Of a stretch of 64,000 bases of DNA, positions 47,474 to 57,308 are shown in pieces. The DNA is from a virus. The DNA is taken from IMG/VR virus record IMGVR_UViG_3300030106_006724, positions 1 to 64,000 of that record. One strand, given 5' to 3'. The position numbers were made by a program, and so were the translations under genes. Under the pieces are notes generated by a model. It saw nothing but the letters and a program-made list of their open reading frames with translations, did no database searches and was not told the DNA's origin. Each line of letters opens with the position of its first letter. The first letter of the stretch is position 1.

Positions 47474-47859
47474 TGAAAAATAAAGATATAAGAACTTATC
47501 TCTTCTGGGCTATACTCGGTATATTTGTCGGGTATGTGATATTCGGTAGAGGAACCATCAAAGTTGATGTAAAAAAATATGAAGCACAAATAGAAGCTTT
47601 AAACATAGTTATTGATTCAGCAAGAACAAAAAATAAAGAATTAGAAAAAGAAGTCGCAGATTTTCAATTAGTGATTTCTGAAGCTAATAGTAAGATTAGT
47701 AATCTTAATGATAAAATTTTTATAATTAAAAAGCAAACAGATGAAAAGATTAATGCTATCAACAGTCTTAATAATGATGAGCTTTATCAGTTTTTCACAG
47801 AACGATACAGACAGTACCTCGATTCGATTGGAAGTACCGATAGTAAAGCTAGTAATTAA
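47473..47859 (+). CDS. TM plus coiled-coil protein (spanin-like)
   Basis: N-terminal TM, long heptads; follows endolysin; overlaps next ORF. Confidence 0.5.
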   Translation: MKNKDIRTYLFWAILGIFVGYVIFGRGTIKVDVKKYEAQIEALNIVIDSARTKNKELEKEVADFQLVISEANSKISNLNDKIFIIKKQTDEKINAINSLNNDELYQFFTERYRQYLDSIGSTDSKASN

Positions 47860-48151
47860 AGATCTAATTAACGGTGATGCAGCTAAAGAAGAACTAATAG
47901 TATTAGATACTATTTTACATCATAAAGATATTCAGTTAAACGTTAAAGATACTATCATTTTAAATCTTAATTCACAAATAGCTAACTTTAATAAAATAGT
48001 TTCTACTAAGGATAAACAACGAGAAATCCAAGAGAATCTTCAAAAGGACTTAGAAAAAGCTTTAAAAAAAGCTAAAAGAAGAGAGTTTCTATATAAAGTA
48101 GGTACTATAGCCGGCGGTGTAATGACCGTTCTTTACTTAACCACCAAGTAA
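47741..48151 (+). CDS. Exported coiled-coil protein with C-terminal TM (spanin partner candidate)
   Basis: Signal peptide (SFS/Q), coiled coil, hydrophobic C-terminus; 119 nt overlap. Confidence 0.5.
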   Translation: MKRLMLSTVLIMMSFISFSQNDTDSTSIRLEVPIVKLVIKDLINGDAAKEELIVLDTILHHKDIQLNVKDTIILNLNSQIANFNKIVSTKDKQREIQENLQKDLEKALKKAKRREFLYKVGTIAGGVMTVLYLTTK

Positions 48152-48175
48152 AAACTATTTATATTAAAGAAAATC

Positions 48176-49432
48176 ATGCTAAAAACTTTAAGAAAAGGTT
48201 TTTTTCCTTTTATTATAGCTATCTCTGCTCTTTCCGTTTCTGGTTCAGCAGCTTTTTATTCAGTATTTGGTTTAAGTAAACTATTTGCTGGTGCTACTGT
48301 AGAGGTAATTATAATGGCCGGTTCTTTAGAAGTAGCTAAATTAGTTATAGCTTCTCTACTTTATCAGTATTGGGATACTATAAATAAACTTTTAAGAACT
48401 TATTTAACAATAGCAGCTATTATACTTGTACTTATAACCAGTATGGGTATATATGGATTCTTATCAGCTGCATATCAAGATACATACCAAACATTACTAC
48501 TTAATGAAAATAGAATCGAATTTCTAGATAATAAAGCTAAATTTTATGAAGACGATATTCAAAGATACGATAAAGAACTTGAACAAATACTGGACAATAT
48601 TAGTACTCTTTCTAACGCCAAGTCGGTTTCTATACAAGTCAAGGACACCAGTGTGGCTGGAGGCATTCGAAATACGATTTCCACGGTTGACTTACGTCTT
48701 GCACAAGATAGACTCAGAGTTGAAGAAAGTAACAGGAAAGATGTCTATTTAAGAAGAAGTATAGCTGCAGATAGTTTACAAAAATATAAATTTGAAATAT
48801 TAGAGTTACAAAATAATTCTGATGCTGCAGGTGAATTAGGTCCTTTAAAATACTTATCTGGATTAACTGGTACTCCTATGGATAGCATAATTAATATTTT
48901 ATTATTAGTTATTATATTTGTATTTGATCCTTTAGCAGTAGCTTTAGTTGTAGCAGCTAATATGGCTTTCGCAAATGCTTTTCCTAGAAAAGAAGAAAAT
49001 ATATATGGAGAAGTAGAAGAAGAAGACGATTCGTGGGAGGCTTTTATAGAAGATGAAACTTACGAACCTACAAAAAATTATACTGAAGAGGATGAAAAGA
49101 GGATGGACATTATAGGTCAAAACGGAAATGATGGAGAACATTACGAAGCTCCTGTAATACAGACTTTATTAGCTGATGTAGAAGCATTAAAAAAAGAAGA
49201 AAAACAAGTACCTGCACCTAAAATTAAACCGAAAGAGGAACCTGTAGGTAATGTAAATGATCTTAAGTCTAATCCTAATACTTTTCAAATAGTCAATAAA
49301 GATGGATCTAGAGAATTTTTAAATGAAGAACCTAAAATAGATATTAGAGGTACTAGAGCATATGTAAAACTAAATGACGGTAGAGAAGGATGGATGGATC
49401 GAGACAATAGTGATAGAATAATTTACATGTAA
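48176..49432 (+). CDS. Multi-TM protein with long coiled coil
   Basis: Three N-terminal TMs, coiled coil, GPLKY, IFVFDPLA TM. Confidence 0.7.
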   Translation: MLKTLRKGFFPFIIAISALSVSGSAAFYSVFGLSKLFAGATVEVIIMAGSLEVAKLVIASLLYQYWDTINKLLRTYLTIAAIILVLITSMGIYGFLSAAYQDTYQTLLLNENRIEFLDNKAKFYEDDIQRYDKELEQILDNISTLSNAKSVSIQVKDTSVAGGIRNTISTVDLRLAQDRLRVEESNRKDVYLRRSIAADSLQKYKFEILELQNNSDAAGELGPLKYLSGLTGTPMDSIINILLLVIIFVFDPLAVALVVAANMAFANAFPRKEENIYGEVEEEDDSWEAFIEDETYEPTKNYTEEDEKRMDIIGQNGNDGEHYEAPVIQTLLADVEALKKEEKQVPAPKIKPKEEPVGNVNDLKSNPNTFQIVNKDGSREFLNEEPKIDIRGTRAYVKLNDGREGWMDRDNSDRIIYM

Positions 49433-49433
49433 A

Positions 49434-49467
49434 AGTTGTTCGTCTGATATATTTTTATTATATTATA
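49434..49467 (+). promoter_or_regulatory. Promoter motif class A (near-leaderless)
   Basis: TTGTTC 49436-49441, 17 nt, TATATT 49459-49464; ATG at 49470. Confidence 0.75.
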
Positions 49468-49469
49468 GT

Positions 49470-49676
49470 ATGGAAAAAGAAGTATATAAATTTTTAAAAG
49501 CAGAAGCAGAAGCTGATAAAGCTAAAGCATTAGCTAGTATTAAATTATTAACTAAACACTCAGCAGGTATAGGAGATCATTCTACTAAAGACTATTGGGA
49601 TAACTGTAATGAATCCTTAAAGTTACTTGCTTCAGCTGACGAAAGATTAGAAGTACTCGATAAGTATTTCAAGTAA
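49470..49676 (+). CDS. Small hypothetical protein
   Basis: 68 aa; helix-GIGDHS-helix. Confidence 0.65.
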   Translation: MEKEVYKFLKAEAEADKAKALASIKLLTKHSAGIGDHSTKDYWDNCNESLKLLASADERLEVLDKYFK

Positions 49677-49695
49677 AATTATTAATAAAAGTTAT

Positions 49696-50037
49696 ATGAG
49701 TAAAAAAACTATAGAAGTTTTAAAGAAAGAATACCCTACCATTTACAACGCTTATAAAGAGATAATGGATGAGCAGTTTGAACTGTTCGCTAAAAAGCAT
49801 CTCGATTACGGAATGGGTAATGTATCAGCTGGTACTCAATTAGTAAATGAAGAAGAGAAAGAATTTGCTATGACAGGACTTTGGTATAGACTATCTGATA
49901 AAATTAACAGATGGAAAAATATGATACTTACTGGTCGTAAAGCTCAAAATGAAACGTTGATAGATACCTTCCAGGATATTACTAACTACGGAATTATCGC
50001 TCAGTTAGTATTTAACGGTAAATGGAAAAATAAATAA
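49696..50037 (+). CDS. DUF1599 / nucleotide-modification-associated all-alpha domain
   Basis: KKHLDYG, RLSDKINR, E...DTFQDITNY. Confidence 0.75.
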   Translation: MSKKTIEVLKKEYPTIYNAYKEIMDEQFELFAKKHLDYGMGNVSAGTQLVNEEEKEFAMTGLWYRLSDKINRWKNMILTGRKAQNETLIDTFQDITNYGIIAQLVFNGKWKNK

Positions 50038-50038
50038 T

Positions 50039-50962
50039 ATGCCTAAAAAAATTCCAAAGCAAGTAAAACTTGTTAGGGATAGTTATATAAAGCAGAGTAA
50101 GAGTAATAAACATATCTCTTATAGTCAGCTATTTACTTACCTTAGTTGTAAACGTAAATGGGAATTACAGTATTTACGTAATATAGCTCCTTTCGAACCA
50201 TCAATACATGCTGTATTCGGATCAGCATTTCATGAAACATTGCAAAATTATTTAAATGTAATGTATACTGATACTGCAAAAGCAGCTGATGAAATAGATA
50301 CTAATGCGTATCTGTACGAAAGGATGACTAAAAATTATAAAAGACAGAAAATGCAGAACGGTAACGAGCATTTTTCTAATGCCGACGAAATGAATATGTT
50401 TTGGTTAGATGGGAAGCATATAATGGAATTTATTAAAAAGAAAAGAAGAGGTTATTTTTCTAAAAAGAATACTTACTTAGCAGGTATCGAGACTTTACTA
50501 TATCAAGAATTAAAACCAGGAGTTTATTTTAAAGGTTTTATAGATTTAGTTTTTTATAATAAATTTTTAGATGAATATACTTTAGTCGATATTAAAACGT
50601 CTACTAAAGGATGGAATAAATTTGCTAAAGCTGATGATAAAAAAATATTTCAATTACTTTTATATAAAGAATTTTTTGCTAAGCAATTTAATATTCCTAT
50701 TGAAAAAGTAAACGTAGAATACTTTATAGTAAAAAGAAGAGTACCTGTAGAAGCTGATTTTGCTTCTATGCAAAGAAGAGTACAAGAGTTTAGACCAACA
50801 GCTGGTAAAATAAAAAGAGGTAAAGCTCTATCAGCTATGAATAACTTTATAAAAGATGTATTAGATGAAAATAATAACTATATAGATAAAAGCTATCACT
50901 GTACTGGAGATAGAAATCCGTGCTGGCATTGTAACGTTTACGATGGAGTTTTAGAAAAATAG
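50039..50962 (+). CDS. PD-(D/E)xK nuclease (RecB/Cas4-like)
   Basis: SYSQ..C, GSAFH, GFIDL, DIKTS, QLLLY, C-terminal Cys cluster. Confidence 0.85.
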   Translation: MPKKIPKQVKLVRDSYIKQSKSNKHISYSQLFTYLSCKRKWELQYLRNIAPFEPSIHAVFGSAFHETLQNYLNVMYTDTAKAADEIDTNAYLYERMTKNYKRQKMQNGNEHFSNADEMNMFWLDGKHIMEFIKKKRRGYFSKKNTYLAGIETLLYQELKPGVYFKGFIDLVFYNKFLDEYTLVDIKTSTKGWNKFAKADDKKIFQLLLYKEFFAKQFNIPIEKVNVEYFIVKRRVPVEADFASMQRRVQEFRPTAGKIKRGKALSAMNNFIKDVLDENNNYIDKSYHCTGDRNPCWHCNVYDGVLEK

Positions 50963-51011
50963 CCTATTTATATATAAATATATACTTATATATAGTTATA
51001 AAACATTAGTT

Positions 51012-51200
51012 ATGATAAAAGATGAAAAGTTAACATCCGTTAAAATCACACAGCCTCACTTCGATAAATTTAAAATGGCTTGCTTACAAGATAATTTTTC
51101 TTTTAAAAAGCTTGCAGATCGGGCAATTTTTCTTTATATTACAGATAAGGAGTTTAAGAAATTAATTCATGATACTGTATCAATTAAATTAAAAAGATGA
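51012..51200 (+). CDS. Small DNA-binding protein (ribbon-helix-helix-like)
   Basis: LTSVKI strand followed by two helices. Confidence 0.55.
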   Translation: MIKDEKLTSVKITQPHFDKFKMACLQDNFSFKKLADRAIFLYITDKEFKKLIHDTVSIKLKR

Positions 51201-52630
51201 TAGAAGGGTATATTCCAAAAGCAGATAGAAAAAAGATACTACTATTGTGCGATGATATAAGAATGCATTCAGGTATTGCTACTATGGCAAGAGAGTTTGT
51301 AGTAAACTTATCACATAAATATAATTGGTTCCAATTAGGTGCAGCACTTAAACATCCTGATGCTGGTAAGACCTTTGATATAAGTCAAGACGTTGGTAAG
51401 AGAGCAGGAATAAATGATGCTGATATAAAAGTTATGCCATGGAATGGTTACGGAGACGCAGGTGTAGTAAGAAATTTAATGGCAAAAGAAGACCCTGATG
51501 CTATTTTTATATTTACTGATCCAAGATATTGGATATGGTTATTTGAAATAGAAAGAGAAATAAGAAGTAAAATTCCTATATTTTGGTTAAATATTTGGGA
51601 CGACTATCCTGCTCCTATGTACAATAGACCTTATTATGAATCAGTAGACTTATTAATGGGTATATCAAAACAAACAGTTAATATTAATAAATTAGTATTA
51701 GAAGAAAAAGCTAATGATAAAGTTATAGAATATGTACCTCATGGAATAGATACTAAAGATTTCTTCCCTATCAGAGAAGGAGATGAACTTTACCCTAAGT
51801 TAATAGAATTTAAAAAACAAACAGTACCTGTTGAAACTGACTTTATAGTATATTTTAATTCCAGAAATATTCATAGAAAAAGACCAGGTGATACATTAAT
51901 GGCTTATAAACATTTTTGTGATATAATAGGAGAAGAGAAAGCTAAAAGAACTGCATTAGTAATGCATACTCAACCAACTGATAATAACGGTACTGATCTT
52001 CAAGCGATGAAAAATACTTTTTATCCTAATGGTAATATATTTTTCTCTAGTGCTAAAATTAGTCCTCAACAGATGAACTTTATGTATAATATGGCTGACT
52101 TAACTGTATTACTATCATCTAATGAAGGATGGGGATTAGCATTAACTGAATCGATGATGTGCGGTACTATGATATCAGCTAATGTTACTGGAGGTATGCA
52201 AGATCAAATGAGATTTGTAGATGATAAAGGTAAATGGATAGAATTCGATGCTGATTTTCCTTCTAATCATAGAGGTACATATAAAGAACATGGTGAATGG
52301 GCTATACCAGTATTTCCTTCTAATATTTCCTTTACTGGTTCTCCTCTGACTCCTTATATATACGATGATAGATTAAGCCCTGAAGATGCTGCTCAAGCTA
52401 TATTAAAAGCTTATAATTTAAGTAAAGAAGAGAGAGATAAAAGAGGAATGAAAGGCCACGAATGGGTTATGTCTGATGAAGCAGGTATGTCTTCTAAGAA
52501 TATGAGTAAAAAAGTAGGAGAGTGTATGGAAAAAGCATTTAAAAACTTTAAGCCTAGACCTTCATATAACGTAATAAAAATAAAAGAGTATAAACCTCCA
52601 ACTGTTAAACATAAAATTATAGGTTATTAA
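51197..52630 (+). CDS. Glycosyltransferase, GT-B (GT4-like)
   Basis: VPHGID, RNIHRK, EGWGLALTE. Confidence 0.85.
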   Translation: MIEGYIPKADRKKILLLCDDIRMHSGIATMAREFVVNLSHKYNWFQLGAALKHPDAGKTFDISQDVGKRAGINDADIKVMPWNGYGDAGVVRNLMAKEDPDAIFIFTDPRYWIWLFEIEREIRSKIPIFWLNIWDDYPAPMYNRPYYESVDLLMGISKQTVNINKLVLEEKANDKVIEYVPHGIDTKDFFPIREGDELYPKLIEFKKQTVPVETDFIVYFNSRNIHRKRPGDTLMAYKHFCDIIGEEKAKRTALVMHTQPTDNNGTDLQAMKNTFYPNGNIFFSSAKISPQQMNFMYNMADLTVLLSSNEGWGLALTESMMCGTMISANVTGGMQDQMRFVDDKGKWIEFDADFPSNHRGTYKEHGEWAIPVFPSNISFTGSPLTPYIYDDRLSPEDAAQAILKAYNLSKEERDKRGMKGHEWVMSDEAGMSSKNMSKKVGECMEKAFKNFKPRPSYNVIKIKEYKPPTVKHKIIGY

Positions 52631-52631
52631 T

Positions 52632-53897
52632 ATGGATAAAATATCAGTAGTAATTAGTTCTCCTGTAGATACTTATTCAGGATATGGAGCAAGAGCTAGA
52701 GACTTTGTTAAAGCAGTTATGGCTTTAGATAAGTATGATGTTAAGTTATTATCTCAACGTTGGGGTAATACTAGATTCGGTTATTTAGAAGATCATGGTG
52801 AAGATGATATGTTAGTAAATATTATTCCTCAAATGACCTCACAACCTGATATATGGATACAGATTACTGTACCGAATGAATTTCAAAAGATAGGTAAATA
52901 TAATATAGGAGTTACTGCAGGTATAGAAACTACTCTTTGTGCAAAAGAATGGATTGACGGATTAAATAGAATGGATCTAGTTCTTACTTCTTCTAATCAT
53001 TCTAAAAACGTATTAGAAGAAACTAAATGGGATATTAAAGATAATAGAACTAATCAAATAGTAGAAACTACTAAAGCTACAGTTCCTATTAAAGTTTTAT
53101 TTGAAGGTATTGATAATAATAAGTACAAAGTAAGTCCTAGTAAAGAATTTGATTTATCTATAGTACAAGAAGAATTTTGTTTTTTATTTGTAGGACATTG
53201 GCTGCAAGGTAGTTTTGGTCATGATAGAAAGAATATAAGTTACATGATTAAATCTTTCTTAGAAACGTTTAAAAATAAACCTAAACAACCTGCATTAGTA
53301 TTAAAAACCTCTCATGTAGGAAGTTCTATAATAGATGAAGATAGAATACTTAAAAAAATAGGAGAAATAAGACAATCAGTAAAAGGTAAATTACCTAATA
53401 TATATTTAGTTCATGGAGAGATTTCAGATACTGAAATGAATAATTTATATAATCATCCTAGAATTAAAGCAATGGTTTCGTTTACTAAAGGAGAAGGTTT
53501 CGGAAGACCTTTACTTGAATTTAGTGTAGTTAAAAAACCTATTATAGCATCAGGATGGTCTGGTCAAACTGATTTCCTTAATAATAAACAGTCTTTTTTA
53601 GTAGGAGGTCAAGTTCATAAATTAGATAAGTCATCGGTACAGAAAGGAGTATTATTAGAAGAAAGTGAATGGTTCCAACCTGAAGATGCTCAAGTAGGTG
53701 CAGCATATAAAGAAATTTATAAAAATTATAAAAAATGGGTTCCTTTAGCTAAACAGTTAGGATTTAAAAATTCTAAAGATTTTAGTTTTGAAGCTATGAC
53801 TAAACTACTAGGTGAAATACTAGATGAAAGTTTACCTGAGTTTCCTAAACAAGTTGAGTTAGAGTTACCTAAATTAGATTTACCTAAATTAAAATAG
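52632..53897 (+). CDS. Glycosyltransferase, GT-B (GT4-like)
   Basis: SGYG, RKN, EGFGRPLLE. Confidence 0.85.
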   Translation: MDKISVVISSPVDTYSGYGARARDFVKAVMALDKYDVKLLSQRWGNTRFGYLEDHGEDDMLVNIIPQMTSQPDIWIQITVPNEFQKIGKYNIGVTAGIETTLCAKEWIDGLNRMDLVLTSSNHSKNVLEETKWDIKDNRTNQIVETTKATVPIKVLFEGIDNNKYKVSPSKEFDLSIVQEEFCFLFVGHWLQGSFGHDRKNISYMIKSFLETFKNKPKQPALVLKTSHVGSSIIDEDRILKKIGEIRQSVKGKLPNIYLVHGEISDTEMNNLYNHPRIKAMVSFTKGEGFGRPLLEFSVVKKPIIASGWSGQTDFLNNKQSFLVGGQVHKLDKSSVQKGVLLEESEWFQPEDAQVGAAYKEIYKNYKKWVPLAKQLGFKNSKDFSFEAMTKLLGEILDESLPEFPKQVELELPKLDLPKLK

Positions 53898-53899
53898 TT

Positions 53900-54373
53900 A
53901 TGAGTGATAATTTAACAAAAGATAGATTAGTAAAAGGTCCTTTTGGTAGTGATGCTTGTTATGAGCAATCATTTCAGCAAGAAGGTAAAGAAGTTAAAAC
54001 TTGGCTTTGTATGGGAAGTGGTTTCAGTACTTCAACTATGATGGATAAAGATTCTAAATTAGTAAAAGATACTTTAGAAACTTCCCCTGAATTATATAAA
54101 GATCTTATGCATATAGATGAAAATGATAGAGCATGGTTTCCTGCTACAATAACTCTTCCTGGAAAAGGAATGGTATTTGCAGATGGTACTAATAAAAAAG
54201 ATTGGAAATGGGCTGCAGTTAGAGCTCAAGAATTAACTAACGAAGAAGTTGAATCAGGAAAGTTTCCTAAAGATCAAACGCACAAAATGGATATGAAAAA
54301 TATGACTTATTTTGATGCTCATAGAGGATTTATGGATGCTTTAGAAGTAATAGGGTTTTATGAAATCAATTAG
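53900..54373 (+). CDS. Hypothetical protein
   Basis: 157 aa ORF. Confidence 0.6.
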   Translation: MSDNLTKDRLVKGPFGSDACYEQSFQQEGKEVKTWLCMGSGFSTSTMMDKDSKLVKDTLETSPELYKDLMHIDENDRAWFPATITLPGKGMVFADGTNKKDWKWAAVRAQELTNEEVESGKFPKDQTHKMDMKNMTYFDAHRGFMDALEVIGFYEIN

Positions 54374-54992
54374 TTACGCTATAACAGTTTGTAATGAGTT
54401 TATAGAAATACAAAAACTCGTTCCTTTTCTTTTAGAACATAAAAGAGATGAAGACCAGATAGTAGTATTGTATGATCAAAGTAATGGTACTGAAGGAGTA
54501 GAAGACTTCTTAAGAGCTAAGAGTATTAATTATGATTTTAGTTGGTATCCAGGATCATTCAATAAAAATTTTAGTGAATGGAAAAATTTATTAACTAGCT
54601 ATTGTTCAGGAGATTATATATTTCAAATAGATGCTGACGAATTACCTGATGAAGGATTAATTAAAGATCTTCCTAGAATTATAGAAGCTAATCCTGATAA
54701 TGAAGTATATTTAACCCCTAGAATTAATACAGTCGAAGGATTAACTCAAGAGCATATAGGTAGATGGCAATGGAGAGTAAATGAAAAAGGATGGGTTAAC
54801 TGGCCTGATTACCAATGGAGAATCTGGAAAAATATACCTAGTATAAAATGGATAAATAAAGTTCATGAAAAATTATCTGGGTATAAAACTTATGCTGCAC
54901 TACCTGCTTCTCCTAAATATGCTTTATATCATCCAAAAGATATTAAGAGACAGGAAAGACAAAATGAATTTTATAACACTTTAACAGATTAA
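54360..54992 (+). CDS. Glycosyltransferase family 2
   Basis: ITVCNE, IDADE, PDYQ.R, VHE. Confidence 0.85.
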   Translation: MKSISYAITVCNEFIEIQKLVPFLLEHKRDEDQIVVLYDQSNGTEGVEDFLRAKSINYDFSWYPGSFNKNFSEWKNLLTSYCSGDYIFQIDADELPDEGLIKDLPRIIEANPDNEVYLTPRINTVEGLTQEHIGRWQWRVNEKGWVNWPDYQWRIWKNIPSIKWINKVHEKLSGYKTYAALPASPKYALYHPKDIKRQERQNEFYNTLTD

Positions 54993-54994
54993 AT

Positions 54995-55411
54995 ATGGGA
55001 GCACCTTTTATATTACAAGAAGAATCAGTAAAAGATGTAGTTAACTCAGTAGGAGTAATTACTGATTATCTAAAAAAGTTTGAACAAAAAGATATATCAT
55101 TAGTAAAATTATTTTCAAAAGATGTAGAACTTATAGATTGGAACATACATAAGAAAGGATTTAGCGATGTAGTCAAAGCTTATGAAGATATATTTACATC
55201 AGTTAATACTTTTAAAATTACCAGTCCTGGTATAGGAGATGTATCTTCAACCGATTCAGTTTTACTTTATCCAGTTATTAAAGTTGACGCTCAAGCATTT
55301 CTTTGTAGAATCGATATAGCTATAGATGGTAAAGAACCTTTAAAAGTAATAGATATTATAACTTTAAATAATGAAGGGTTAATTAGTAAGATTAATGCTT
55401 TTAAACAATAA
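54995..55411 (+). CDS. SnoaL/NTF2-like protein
   Basis: LFSKDVELIDW, VIDII..N.EGLI.KI.AF. Confidence 0.65.
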   Translation: MGAPFILQEESVKDVVNSVGVITDYLKKFEQKDISLVKLFSKDVELIDWNIHKKGFSDVVKAYEDIFTSVNTFKITSPGIGDVSSTDSVLLYPVIKVDAQAFLCRIDIAIDGKEPLKVIDIITLNNEGLISKINAFKQ

Positions 55412-56223
55412 TGAAAGTAGGAATAATTGGTAATGGTTTTGTAGGAGAAGCTCAAGCTTTTGCTTTTAGTCCTACGTATGAAATAAAGATCTACGATGTT
55501 GATCCTCTTAAAAGTCTAAATACATTAGATGAAGTACATAACTGTGATGTAGTATTTGTTTGTGTTCCTTCTCCTATGAACGAAGATGGATCTCAAAATT
55601 TAACCTATATTGAAGACGTTTTTGATAATGCTGATCCTGGCCCAGTATATGTAATAAAATCAACTGTTATACCTGGTACTACACGTCTCTTACAAAAGAA
55701 ATATAAAGATTTAAGTATTGTATTTAGTCCTGAATTTTTAACTCAAAGAACCGCTAAATTAGATATGATGACTCAAGCAAGAGTTATCTTTGGAGGTGAC
55801 GATATAACTACTGGAGCATTAGAAAAATTTTATTCTAAAAGGTTTAAGAATAGAAACTATATACATACCGATCCAACAACAGCTGAATTAATCAAGTATA
55901 TGAATAATACTTTTTTTGCTACTAAAGTATCGTTTATGAATGAATTTAAAATATTAGCTAATAAGCTAGGAGTTGATTGGGATACAGCAGTATGGGGATT
56001 TGCATCTGATCATAGATTAGGAGATAGTCATTTAGATGTTCCTGGTCCTGATGGTAAGTTAGGATTTGGAGGAACTTGTTTTCCAAAAGATATAAACGCT
56101 ATTATTGATGTTGCTAATAGTAATAAAGTAGATATGAAAGTATTAAAAGCAGCTTGGGAAACCAATTTAGTAGTAAGACCAGAAAAAGATTGGGAAGAAT
56201 TAAAAGGAAAAGCAGTAGTATGA
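55411..56223 (+). CDS. UDP-glucose/GDP-mannose dehydrogenase family (short form)
   Basis: GNGFVG, KSTV.PG, PEFL, GFGGTCFPKD. Confidence 0.88.
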   Translation: MKVGIIGNGFVGEAQAFAFSPTYEIKIYDVDPLKSLNTLDEVHNCDVVFVCVPSPMNEDGSQNLTYIEDVFDNADPGPVYVIKSTVIPGTTRLLQKKYKDLSIVFSPEFLTQRTAKLDMMTQARVIFGGDDITTGALEKFYSKRFKNRNYIHTDPTTAELIKYMNNTFFATKVSFMNEFKILANKLGVDWDTAVWGFASDHRLGDSHLDVPGPDGKLGFGGTCFPKDINAIIDVANSNKVDMKVLKAAWETNLVVRPEKDWEELKGKAVV

Positions 56224-57308
56224 AAACAAAGATACGTAAAAAGTCCGCTTTAGTCTTAGGCGGAGGAGGATTTATAGGAGGACATTTAGCTAAAAGATTA
56301 AAAGAAGAAGGCTTTTGGGTTAGAATAGTTGATATAAAAACTAATCATGAATACTTTAACCATAAAGATATTTGTAACGATTACGTATCAGGTGATTTAA
56401 GGGATCCTAAAGTAGTAGAAGCAATCTTTAGAATAGAAACAGATCCTAATCATAAGGACGTAATTTATAATTATACTTTTTATAAACAACCTTTTACTAA
56501 CGTAGAAGCATTTGATGAAGTTTACCAACTAGCTGCTGATATGGGTGGTGCAGGTTATATCTTTACAGGAGATAATGATGCAAATGTTATGCACAACTCA
56601 GCATTAGTTAATTTAAACGTAGTAAATGAAGCTACTAAAACTGGAGTAGGTAGAATATTTTATTCTTCTTCTGCTTGTATGTATCCAGAACATAATCAAT
56701 TAGATCCTGATAATCCTAACTGTGAAGAGTCTTCAGCTTATCCAGCTGATCCTGATAGCGAATACGGATGGGAGAAACTATTTAGTGAAAGATTGTATTT
56801 TGCTTTTAATAGAAATTATAACTTAGATGTTAGAGTAGCTCGTTATCATAATATATTCGGTCCTGAAGGAACATACGATGGAGGAAGAGAAAAAGCTCCA
56901 GCTGCTATGTGCCGTAAAGCTGCTGAAGGTAAAGAAGAAATAGAAGTATGGGGTAGCGGTAATCAAACAAGATCGTTTATGTATGTAGATGAATGTGTTG
57001 AAGCAACTTTAAGATTAATGAGACAAGATAAATTTTTAGGACCTGTAAATATAGGCTCAGAAGAAATGGTAACTATTAATGAATTAGCTCAAATAGCAAT
57101 AGATCTTTCCGGAAATAATCTTTCTATAAAAAATATAGATGGTCAAGAGTTTATAGACAAATATGGCTTTCCATGTCCGTTAGGAGTAAATGGTAGAAAC
57201 TCTCATAATAAATTATATAAAGAAAAAATAGGATGGGAATCTAAAGCTACTCTTAAAGAAGGAATGGCTAAAACTTTTGAATGGATCAATAAAAAAATTA
57301 ATGGATAA
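56220..57308 (+). CDS. NAD-dependent epimerase, GDP-mannose 3,5-epimerase-like
   Basis: GGGGFIG, AADMGGAG, SSSACMYP, YGWEK, REKAPAA; start moved to ATG 56220. Confidence 0.85.
   Translation: MKTKIRKKSALVLGGGGFIGGHLAKRLKEEGFWVRIVDIKTNHEYFNHKDICNDYVSGDLRDPKVVEAIFRIETDPNHKDVIYNYTFYKQPFTNVEAFDEVYQLAADMGGAGYIFTGDNDANVMHNSALVNLNVVNEATKTGVGRIFYSSSACMYPEHNQLDPDNPNCEESSAYPADPDSEYGWEKLFSERLYFAFNRNYNLDVRVARYHNIFGPEGTYDGGREKAPAAMCRKAAEGKEEIEVWGSGNQTRSFMYVDECVEATLRLMRQDKFLGPVNIGSEEMVTINELAQIAIDLSGNNLSIKNIDGQEFIDKYGFPCPLGVNGRNSHNKLYKEKIGWESKATLKEGMAKTFEWINKKING

Noticed and set aside
48610-48705. GC-rich patch with AAGTCAA/TTGACTT enclosing small hairpins
   Set aside because: Stems are short and alternative pairings are many; cannot be distinguished from chance by eye
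50039-50962. Cas4-like nuclease as sign of a CRISPR system
   Set aside because: No repeat-spacer array or other cas genes seen; solo PD-(D/E)xK nucleases are common in phages
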